A stretch of 18,034 nucleotides of DNA from Synechococcus sp. (GCA_051439605.1 JBFRWN010000108.1:1-18034), one strand, 5' to 3'. Positions 7,990-16,027 are shown, counted from the stretch's first letter. Numbers and translations: made by a program. Notes: generated by a model not told the origin, from the letters alone.

Positions 7990-9234
7990 TCAGGCACGAA
8001 TACTGTGCCATAAGTTTAAATACTGTCTAGCCTCCGACTCGGGCAGCGGGTCAAGTAGTTCTGCGCGATCGAGAATATCCTCCTGGAATGTGTGCCGCCC
8101 TCTTAGGACATCCGGTAATTGTTCGGGAGAGATCGCAATGGGGTTCGGTAAGCGGCTTGCCACTGCAGCGCGCCGGGGAACGTCCCCACTCAGCAGATAG
8201 TCAAACCACGACAGGGTTGCTGTTTGTAATTCCTCCATGGGAACCTCGGTGTTGAGGCGGCGGGGCATCACCCACAAATCCCACCACAATGCAGTACCAG
8301 ACTGCGGTACGACCACTTCAAACCGTCGGTCTAACTTGGGCAATTGATATAAATCGCTGCTCCACCCCACTACTACCGCCGCATCCTTCAACAGCATTGC
8401 CGGTAGATAGCGATTGGAGCTGTAGATCAACACCTGCTTGTGTAAGGCGTTAAGTCGGTTTTCCACGTTGGCAGTTAAACCCGATAGCGGCGTGTTGTAG
8501 GACTGACCGATAGATTTGAGGATCAGACCCACCACTTCACGAGGGTTATCGGGAAGGACCACTTTTTGGGCCAAATCTGGTCGCCACAAATCCCCCCAGT
8601 CAGAAATGGGTTCTGTCACCTGCTGGCGATCGTAGGCAATTGCTGTAACCCCCCAGCTCCAGGGCAGCCCCCAAATTTGTCCCTGCCGTTCGGCTGCCTG
8701 CAACCAAAATTCAGGTAATCGGTCTTGCAAGGTTTTTCGAAAGTTCGAGGCATTGAGGGGCAAGAGTAATTCTTGGGCAATCGCCGTATCCAGCCAGTCC
8801 GATCCCAGCAAAGAGATAGACATCATCGGTGGAGAAGGAAACATCGCTTGCCTGAGCTTAGACAGCCATCCCTGTTGAGTTTTATCAGTGCTGTCGTCTG
8901 AGTTGGCTCCTCCATCTGGAGAAGTGGACTGAATACGCTGGAATAGTTCGTTGCGATTTGCCACAGGTACAGCTTGAAGGGGTAGGGAGCTCATGGCTTT
9001 GTACTCCCGCCAAATACTGCCTGGAAAACTGTCCTCTAATGTGGCAATTTGCAGCATCAATTGCCGATCGCTTCCACATCCTGACAGTGCGGTAGAGGAA
9101 AGTGCTACCGCCAGTGCCTGCAAAAACTTTCGTCTAGTTTGAGATGGAATGATTCTTGAGGGGGCTTGAGGTAAACTGCCCGTTTCGGGTGGGGAAGAGG
9201 CAATGGGTGAGAAGCTCTCCGAAGGAACGTTCAT
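7990..9234 (-). CDS. PotD/PotF-like (polyamine-type) extracellular solute-binding lipoprotein
   Basis: Tat motif TRRKFL and lipobox LSGC; motifs WGLPWSWGVTAIAY, ISDWGDLWRPDL, VVGWSSD and VPQSGTALWWDLWVMP. Confidence 0.85.
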   Translation of the reverse strand: MNVPSESFSPIASSPPETGSLPQAPSRIIPSQTRRKFLQALAVALSSTALSGCGSDRQLMLQIATLEDSFPGSIWREYKAMSSLPLQAVPVANRNELFQRIQSTSPDGGANSDDSTDKTQQGWLSKLRQAMFPSPPMMSISLLGSDWLDTAIAQELLLPLNASNFRKTLQDRLPEFWLQAAERQGQIWGLPWSWGVTAIAYDRQQVTEPISDWGDLWRPDLAQKVVLPDNPREVVGLILKSIGQSYNTPLSGLTANVENRLNALHKQVLIYSSNRYLPAMLLKDAAVVVGWSSDLYQLPKLDRRFEVVVPQSGTALWWDLWVMPRRLNTEVPMEELQTATLSWFDYLLSGDVPRRAAVASRLPNPIAISPEQLPDVLRGRHTFQEDILDRAELLDPLPESEARQYLNLWHSIRA

Positions 9235-9235
9235 G

Positions 9236-9661
9236 CTAGAGGCCTTGCTGCTGTAAATACCGCTCGATCAGGATTTGGGCCACAATATCGTCGATGGGGC
9301 GAGGGGGTTCTCGCATCCCCAACGGTATCAGCCTCTGTAGGCCTTTAGCGGGGTAAATCGCCCAATAGCGCTGCCGAGCCTCCTGCGAGCTGAACCGCTC
9401 GTCGATAGGATGAATGGTAAGGGAAGGAAACGCACTCAACAGCCGTTTCTGCCATTGACGGGCGGTGGTTTGGTTACCCATCACAAAGTCGATAGGCTGC
9501 CCTGAACCGAAGTAAAATTCGTCAAATAGCTCCTGCAGGCGGCTTTCAACGTCTGACGATCGCAGGATTTCACGGTGAAGGATCTTCCCATCGGTAGTGG
9601 CGATCGCCACGCCACATTTGTCTCGACCGGGGTCGAAGCCGACTAATCGTTGGGGGTTCAT
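9236..9661 (-). CDS. YqgF/RuvX-family RNase H-fold nuclease (cyanobacterial paralog)
   Basis: Motifs GFDPGRDKCGVA, VMGNQTT, IDERFSSQEAR and IDDIVAQILIERYL; directly downstream of DUF3084, as is common in cyanobacteria. Confidence 0.87.
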   Translation of the reverse strand: MNPQRLVGFDPGRDKCGVAIATTDGKILHREILRSSDVESRLQELFDEFYFGSGQPIDFVMGNQTTARQWQKRLLSAFPSLTIHPIDERFSSQEARQRYWAIYPAKGLQRLIPLGMREPPRPIDDIVAQILIERYLQQQGL

Positions 9662-9755
9662 CAGAGCTTGACTATTGCATAGCTAATGGAGTCTGAATTA
9701 ACAGGCAAAGGGTCCCCGCGCGTCCACAATAGCGAATTCTGAATGAGGGGGTGAC

Positions 9756-11600
9756 CTAGCTGGGTCGCGGGAAAGTGGAACTCCCCTCAGTTGATTGAAT
9801 TTCGCTGGACACTAAATCCACCTCCAGAGGACCAGACGTGTAAATATCCCGTTGGGCCACAACCTGCACTTGCTGAGGCTCATCAATCCGTCGCAGAGTC
9901 TGGACCAGCTCGAACAGTCGGGATTGGGAAAACTCCCCAACAGTTCCGGAGCTCGAGTTAAACACGATCCCTTTACTGCGCGATAGTTGTCCGGCCTCTA
10001 AAAAGAGTCGTACCAGCGTTGCTTCAATATCTTCATCCGACCCCCCCGGGGATACGGCTGTTTCGGCCAATACGGTACCCTCCGTAAATAGGAGTCTATT
10101 GGGAATCACGCCTGTGATCACCGGTACGGGCTCCCCCACGAGGCGGTTGGTGAGGGAATAAACCTGTACCACCCAGCTGCCTGGGGACGAAACCGCCTGG
10201 ATAGTACGAGTCACTTCGGGAACACGAATCTGAATAGCTCTACCCCCAGCATTTTCGGGACTTGCCCCCAGCGCTCGGGCTCGTCGCTCAGCGATCGCGA
10301 ATAAAGTATTTAATCCTTGTTGAATCTCTCTTGAAGTCATGCCCCCTTCAATCACCCCTGTGGCCATCGGTTCCCCCGCTAATACAGCAAATTCTCCTCG
10401 GCGCAATCGATCTGCCACCGTTGTCAAATTGGCAATATCCATCTCCAAATTGGATTTTTGAGATTGCAATTCGCTCAGTTCCGACTCGGTATCCTGTAAT
10501 GACGATTGCAACTCGTCGACCCGCGCACGAGCAGAAGCGGCCTCTGATTCCGCCTGCTGAGTTTCCTGACGTGCGGCATTCAAAGAAGCTTGAGCTTCGC
10601 TCAGTCGCTGACTGGCCGCCTCTAATTCTTGATTGGCATTCAGTAATGCTGCCTCAGCTACCTGCTGCTGCTGACGCAGCTGGGCCTGCTCGTTCGTGAG
10701 TTGTTCAACTTTGGTTTCGGCTGCAAGCCTCTCAGTTTCAAGGTTAGAAAGCTGCCCTTGAATAGAGTCAATGTTGCCCTCAAGCATAAGAATCGTGGAT
10801 TGGAATTCATTCACTCGCTCGCCGTAGCGAAACAGGGCATCTCTGATGGCTTCGTTGGTCAGCAGGAGTACACCCACTGAAGAGGCCGAGATGATAATTC
10901 CCGTCAGAATGGTGATCACGATAGCGGTGTGTCGGGGCCGCATATTGAACCAACTCAGCCGTTTCTTGCCGATGCGGTATCCCAACCGATCGCCCACAGT
11001 GGCAATCACACCACTCAACACCAGGATGTAAAAGACAAATAGAACCCCCTGCATGCGCTGCCAGCGACTGGGTTCCTGAGTGATGATTTCTGGTGTCTCC
11101 TTGGCCTCATTTCGATCATCTAAAATGCTTGCCCCAGCTGGCTGTTTTATCTGCAGAGAGTCTCCATCGGTTAGCGGTGATTCGTCTCCAGGTTGGGGAT
11201 TCTCGTCAAGTTTAGGCTCGTCAATACTTTGGGCAATCCAGGCAGATGGTCGCTGGTGCAGCGATTGGGTCGGAGCCAGTGGGGGGGAGAACTGAGTTGC
11301 TAGCCCATCCGATCGGCTTAATGATGTGTCGGATACTGGAGTCGCTCTACTCGATAGCTGCACAGCCCCCCCCCACAAAACTGCCGAGATCGCCAGACTG
11401 ACCACCAGCACACGCAATAAGTGTGTTCGTTTCGAGCTGCTACATTTTGTTCCGTAAGGACTCAAATCGCACTTCAGACAAAAAAGGCACATTTTTTTGC
11501 AGGCTGAAAACGTGTTGAAACGATGGCATGAGATAGCAACCAGCCCAACAATGACAATAGCGATCGAAAGTATTTGCAAGGCCTGCATGAGGACTGCCAC
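9756..11600 (-). CDS. DUF3084 domain membrane-anchored coiled-coil protein; start uncertain (conserved core begins at ATG 11054)
   Basis: LSGVIATVGDRLGYRIGKKRLSWFNMRPRHTAIVITILTG is the DUF3084 N-terminal signature. A long Q/E/A/L coiled coil follows, and the C-terminus has AQRDIYTSGPLEV. The frame is open for 182 codons upstream of the core. Confidence 0.85.
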   Translation of the reverse strand: MAVLMQALQILSIAIVIVGLVAISCHRFNTFSACKKMCLFCLKCDLSPYGTKCSSSKRTHLLRVLVVSLAISAVLWGGAVQLSSRATPVSDTSLSRSDGLATQFSPPLAPTQSLHQRPSAWIAQSIDEPKLDENPQPGDESPLTDGDSLQIKQPAGASILDDRNEAKETPEIITQEPSRWQRMQGVLFVFYILVLSGVIATVGDRLGYRIGKKRLSWFNMRPRHTAIVITILTGIIISASSVGVLLLTNEAIRDALFRYGERVNEFQSTILMLEGNIDSIQGQLSNLETERLAAETKVEQLTNEQAQLRQQQQVAEAALLNANQELEAASQRLSEAQASLNAARQETQQAESEAASARARVDELQSSLQDTESELSELQSQKSNLEMDIANLTTVADRLRRGEFAVLAGEPMATGVIEGGMTSREIQQGLNTLFAIAERRARALGASPENAGGRAIQIRVPEVTRTIQAVSSPGSWVVQVYSLTNRLVGEPVPVITGVIPNRLLFTEGTVLAETAVSPGGSDEDIEATLVRLFLEAGQLSRSKGIVFNSSSGTVGEFSQSRLFELVQTLRRIDEPQQVQVVAQRDIYTSGPLEVDLVSSEIQSTEGSSTFPRPS

Positions 11601-11825
11601 AGGTTACGCAGATCCTATCACCCACATTTGATGGGGCAAGAGAAGCTGATTGATTCAGTGATATCTGCGATGGATACGCTCTTGGAGGAGACCCATTCTC
11701 AAAAACAAGGTTCAGACAGAGTAATACAGGGTCGATTAACAGAAAAATATTAACCAAACACCCTAACTGCGCAGAAATGCTTGGCTACAAAGCAAGAGAG
11801 ATTTCAAGCTGAGAGATTACTCGGC

Positions 11826-12245
11826 CTACTCTTCTATTGTCACGGAAATAATGCGATCGCCTCGACGAATGGAGTTCACCACATCCATGTCTTCAGTTTT
11901 GCCAAAGACTGTATGGACTCCATCCAGGTGACGCTGTGGAGAGTGACAAATAAAGAACTGGCTGCCACCCGTATTGGGACCAGCATGCGCCATAGATAGG
12001 GAACCAGCCAAATGCTTGTTGGAGTTAATTTCACAGTCGATGGTATATCCCGGTCCACCAGAACCGGTACCGTTGGGGCATCCCCCCTGAATCATGAAGT
12101 TCGGAATGACACGGTGGAAATTAAGTCCATCGTAGAACCCCTTCTTGGCCAGATCTATGAAATTCTGAACGGTGTTCGGTGCATCTTCAGCGAACAGCTC
12201 TAGATTGATGACCCCTTTCTCGGTGTTCATTGTTGCGCGTGGCAT
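11826..12245 (-). CDS. Cyclophilin-type peptidyl-prolyl cis-trans isomerase
   Basis: Motifs [43 protein letters not shown] and [18 protein letters not shown] upstream. Confidence 0.96.
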   Translation of the reverse strand: MPRATMNTEKGVINLELFAEDAPNTVQNFIDLAKKGFYDGLNFHRVIPNFMIQGGCPNGTGSGGPGYTIDCEINSNKHLAGSLSMAHAGPNTGGSQFFICHSPQRHLDGVHTVFGKTEDMDVVNSIRRGDRIISVTIEE

Positions 12246-12666
12246 AGTTACACTCCTGACATTGGCGATCTACCGATCGCTCTTGTTTAGATCGTGACTC
12301 AAGCACTGAGGTTTCAAGGGCAACGCAAGCTGTTTGTCATCCAATCAACGTTGCCAACTTATAGGTCTCTAATCTATGAGATAACGCCCAAAAGACGGTG
12401 ATTAGCTTCAACCAAGCGTTCCTATCGAGATCCTATACTGCGGTGCAGGAATCATCCTCATACTGCGGATCGAAGGGTCACTATTGCAAGTCTAGGGTTC
12501 GTTTTTAAAAGATCGATGTCAATTTCTGAGCGCTAGACGCTGTCTTCACCAACGGGGTCAAAACTCAAGCGGCCATGTTCAAGCACCTGAGAGACTCGGT
12601 TACTTTGCAAAAGTTTGCGGAAATAGAGCTTCTCTCAAGATTAGGGATTGCATTACGTTAATTAGC

Positions 12667-12696
12667 TTGTTGTAGTCACTTACCAAGGGCTAGAAT
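12667..12696 (+). promoter_or_regulatory. Candidate sigma70-type promoter for the reductase gene pair
   Basis: TTGTTG (12667-12672), 18-nt spacer, TAGAAT (12691-12696). Confidence 0.4.
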
Positions 12697-12943
12697 TATC
12701 AGCCGGTATGACTGTTGACTCCTAGAGTAAGCCAGTCGCAGCAGAGTTTTGTTTTCTCTATCAGAAGCTCCACTGTTTGCGGCCTGTCAGTCATCCCAAC
12801 TTAAAAGACTCAGGGGATAATCCCCTTCGCCGAGTTGCGACGCCTTACAGTGTCGTTACGACTGATGAAACTCCAATGAAACTGGAACCCGTTCAAGTCC
12901 CATCTCATCTCGCGCGAACTAGCATTAGAGGAACAGCAGAACA

Positions 12944-15280
12944 ATGGCCGATCGAAAACCATCCCTGACTTGGAAAAGCGTCTTGGGCAACAAGATTTCT
13001 GACCGGTTGGCCGAGGAAATCGATACGTTTGAAAGTCAGATGGAACTGCGAAAGCAGGGCAAAATTGACGAAAAAGTATTTGCGGAACTGCGCCTTCGTC
13101 GCGGAGCCTACGGCCAGCGCTACGACAACGGCTATAGGGACGATGGCGAGCGATCGCGGGAACTTGAATTTCCGAACAAGACTCTCATGAAAGGCCCTGG
13201 CACGCTCTACGAGGCACCAGGTATGCAGCGCATCAAATTGCCTTACGGTGGCCTCAATGCCGAGCAAATGGAGGTGATGGCCGATATCGCTGAAGAATAT
13301 TCCGACACCATCATTCACATCACCACCCGCCAGGATGTCCAACTGCACTTCCTCTCCCTGGACGACACCCCTGATATGCACCGTCGTCTGGCAGCTGTCG
13401 GCATTACCACCCGCGAAGCTTGCGGCAACTCGGTGCGAAATGTTACCGCTTGCCCCCTATCCGGCGTTTGCCATGACGAGTCCTTTGACGTGACGGGCTA
13501 TGCTAACGAATTAGCACAGTACTTCCTTGGCCATCCCGACGTTCAAGACTTCGGTCGCAAATTGAAAGTGGCCTTTTCCGGTTGCGCCGACCATCCCTGC
13601 GGTCTCACTTCCATGCACGACCTGGGGTTGATTGCCAAAACTAAGGTCATCGATGGCAAAGAAGTGCAGGGCTTTGAGATGTATGTGGGTGGCGGTCTGG
13701 GTGCCGTGCCACATTTGGCCAAGCTGTTCTCTGAATTTGTCACCCCAGAAGAACTGCTGCCTCTATCTCAAGCGATCTTCCGCGTATTTGCCCGCCTGGG
13801 TGAAAAGGCAAACCGCAATAAGGCTCGCATCAAGTTCTTGGTTGGCAAGTTGGGCATTGACGAGTTCCGCCGTCTGGTCATGGAGGAGCGCGCAACCCTA
13901 CCGAACGATCCTGAATGGACCAGCTGGCTAACAGACATCCAGCAGTATGAAGAAGCCGGATCCCCTGCGGCAGTTTCCCCCAACGAGACTCCGGTAGACG
14001 CGGATGCCTTTGCCAAGTGGAAGTCCACCAACATCTATCAGCAGCGCCAAGCTGGCTACGTCGCAGTCACCATCCCGCTGCCATTGGGAGATATGACAGC
14101 TACCCAAATGCGTCGGTTGGCAGATGTAGTTCGCCGCTTCGGCTACGAAGAGCTGCGCACCACCGTCGAGCAAAACCTGTTGATGCGCTGGATTCACGAG
14201 TCTGACCTACCCGCCCTCTATAATGCGCTCCATGCCATTGACTTGGCGGCGGCAGGGGCAGAATCAATCGTGGATATTGTGGCATGCCCCGGTACAGACA
14301 CCTGCAAGCTGGGGATTTCCAGCTCCCGTGGATTGGGGGGGGAACTTATGCGCCGTCTGGCGGTGAAGGGTTGGCAGTATGACGAAGCCGTGAAGAACAT
14401 CCGCATCAAGGTTAGCGGTTGCTTCAATTCTTGCTCTCAGCACACGGTGGCCGAGATTGGCTTCTATGGGGCGAACCGTCTTGTCGATCGCCACCGCGTT
14501 CCCCACTTTCAGCTCATCTTAGGGGGCACGTGGGATAAAAACGCCGCTGAATACGGCCAGTCCGTTGCGGTTGTTCCCTCAAAGCGGGTTCCCGATGTGG
14601 TCGAATTCCTGGTGGATATGTACATGCAGGAGCGGGAAGGGAAGGAAAAATTTAACGAGTTCGTGAAGCGCATCGGTAAGAAGACCATTCGCGATCGCGT
14701 GCAACCCTTTCTGGCTGTCCCCAGCTATGCGGAAGACAAATCTTTCTACACCGACTGGGCTGACAACCGCGAATATACTCTGGGGGATATCGGCATCGGC
14801 GAATGTGCCGGTGAAGTGGTAACCCTAACTGACTTTGGGGTGGCAGCTGCCGAAAGTATTCACTTCGATGCCACTATTCTGCTGGAGGAAACCCCGACCA
14901 ATGGCAACGTTAAGCAGGCGGCCGATAAAGCGTTGGAATCCATGCTGAGTGCAGCTCAAGCTTTGGTCAAGATTCAAAATATTGATATTGCCAACGACGC
15001 AGACAGCATTGTGGCTGAGTTCCGCAAGTATTTCTACGATACGGAGTTGTTCTTCGACCCCTTTGCCAAGGGTAAGTTTGCCAGCTACCTGTTCAAGGCT
15101 TACGACGCACGAAACCAGCCAGTGACGATTGACCGCGCCAAACAGCTGATTGAAGAGGCTCGTCTGTTTATTGAGGCGGCCCACTCCTGCAATGCCCGCA
15201 TGGTTGAGGGTGGTATCACCACGCCTGCAGGGTTCCAACGTTGGTTGAACGAAAAGCAGCTACAAACCAGCGGTAGCTAA
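12944..15280 (+). CDS. Siroheme/[4Fe-4S] nitrite/sulfite reductase family protein with C-terminal helical extension (probably a sulfite reductase)
   Basis: First ferredoxin-like half has MQRIKLPYG, HITTRQDVQ, ACGNSVRN and RKLKVAFSGC; RNKARIKF follows. Second half has LRTTVEQN, CPGTDTC and KVSGCFNSC (CX5C...CX3C siroheme-cluster ligands). GAGG RBS at 12928. Confidence 0.9.
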   Translation: MADRKPSLTWKSVLGNKISDRLAEEIDTFESQMELRKQGKIDEKVFAELRLRRGAYGQRYDNGYRDDGERSRELEFPNKTLMKGPGTLYEAPGMQRIKLPYGGLNAEQMEVMADIAEEYSDTIIHITTRQDVQLHFLSLDDTPDMHRRLAAVGITTREACGNSVRNVTACPLSGVCHDESFDVTGYANELAQYFLGHPDVQDFGRKLKVAFSGCADHPCGLTSMHDLGLIAKTKVIDGKEVQGFEMYVGGGLGAVPHLAKLFSEFVTPEELLPLSQAIFRVFARLGEKANRNKARIKFLVGKLGIDEFRRLVMEERATLPNDPEWTSWLTDIQQYEEAGSPAAVSPNETPVDADAFAKWKSTNIYQQRQAGYVAVTIPLPLGDMTATQMRRLADVVRRFGYEELRTTVEQNLLMRWIHESDLPALYNALHAIDLAAAGAESIVDIVACPGTDTCKLGISSSRGLGGELMRRLAVKGWQYDEAVKNIRIKVSGCFNSCSQHTVAEIGFYGANRLVDRHRVPHFQLILGGTWDKNAAEYGQSVAVVPSKRVPDVVEFLVDMYMQEREGKEKFNEFVKRIGKKTIRDRVQPFLAVPSYAEDKSFYTDWADNREYTLGDIGIGECAGEVVTLTDFGVAAAESIHFDATILLEETPTNGNVKQAADKALESMLSAAQALVKIQNIDIANDADSIVAEFRKYFYDTELFFDPFAKGKFASYLFKAYDARNQPVTIDRAKQLIEEARLFIEAAHSCNARMVEGGITTPAGFQRWLNEKQLQTSGS

Positions 15281-15308
15281 GCTCGAGCTGGCTGAAAACA
15301 TAATTTAA

Positions 15309-15328
15309 GCCGAGTTATCCGACTCGGC
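15309..15328 (+). other. Intercistronic stem-loop without U-tract
   Basis: GCCGAGT/ACTCGGC 7-bp stem plus a U-G pair, between the reductase stop and the next RBS; more like a stability or processing hairpin than a terminator. Confidence 0.5.
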
Positions 15329-15360
15329 ATTGATTCTCAAGACCAAACTGGAGTAATACG

Positions 15361-15930
15361 GTGGATCTCGATCGCTTCTGCGTCAAATTCTTTGCCACTT
15401 CTGGAGCCAATATTGACGAAGCCCACTACATTAATATCTTTCACGAGTGGATTCGTAAGGATGCCATCGACGGCCTGTTATTGGATGTCGTGGATTACCG
15501 CCACGTTCCCAACGGCCCGGGCATCATGTTGATTTCAAACGAAACCAACTACGCAATGGACCGCGAGGGGGGCGAGTTTGGGGTTTACGCCCAGCGCAAG
15601 CTAGGGGGCGGCGAAACTCATACCGACAAGATTGTGGAGTTAGTCAGAGCGACTGCTAAGTTTGGCTCTTTGTTGGAGTCCGATAGCCGTCTAGAAGGCG
15701 AATTTCGTCTAGATGGTAGCGGCTTTCTGTATATGACGAACGATCGCCTCAACGCCCCAAATACGGATGAAACCTTTGCCGAACTAAAGCCCGATTTAGA
15801 GGCAGCTGCAGCGGCCCTATATCCTGGTAAAGCTGTGACGGTGACTCGCATAGAGAACGATGGGCGCGATCGTCTGTCTGCCCGCGTATCGGTGGCCGAA
15901 TCAGTTAAAGTGGCTGCGCTGGCAGCATAG
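15361..15930 (+). CDS. Hypothetical cytoplasmic protein, 189 aa, likely co-transcribed with the reductase
   Basis: GGAG RBS 7 nt before the GTG start; globular composition; motif-like blocks IFHEWI, LLDVVDYRHVPNGPGIMLI and NDRLNAPN. No family recognised. Confidence 0.85.
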   Translation: MDLDRFCVKFFATSGANIDEAHYINIFHEWIRKDAIDGLLLDVVDYRHVPNGPGIMLISNETNYAMDREGGEFGVYAQRKLGGGETHTDKIVELVRATAKFGSLLESDSRLEGEFRLDGSGFLYMTNDRLNAPNTDETFAELKPDLEAAAAALYPGKAVTVTRIENDGRDRLSARVSVAESVKVAALAA

Positions 15931-15999
15931 GTGAGTTGTTAACTGGCTTCATCCTTGATGGCATCAACTGATTTTTCTAGTGGTGAAGGCGGAAAGCTA

Positions 16000-16008
16000 T
16001 GGTAGTGT
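16000..16008 (+). promoter_or_regulatory. Candidate extended -10 (TG-n-TAGTGT) for the tRNA
   Basis: TGGTAGTGT lies 19 nt upstream of the mature tRNA 5' end. Confidence 0.35.
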
Positions 16009-16027
16009 ATGTATCGCACTACCTCAC

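Noticed and set aside
12862..12899. Hammerhead-ribozyme-like core: CTGATGA (12862) ... GAAA (12878) ... plausible stem III ... GTC (12897)
   Set aside because: Stem II would have only one base pair, and the flanks (TTACGA and CCATCT) cannot form stem I. Probably a coincidence of the ATGAAACT direct repeat; an Infernal search or cleavage assay would settle it.
12777..12968. Upstream ORF as a Cys/Met-sensing leader peptide for the reductase
   Set aside because: No Cys or Met enrichment and no RBS; the other small ATG ORFs (MTVDS, MKLQ) are also uninformative.
6050..14342. G/C homopolymers of 7-9 nt (6050, 7182, 10041, 11281, 11366, 14335) as phase-variation tracts
   Set aside because: All reading frames are intact and the runs mostly encode Gly/Pro codons; there is no evidence of slippage without read data.
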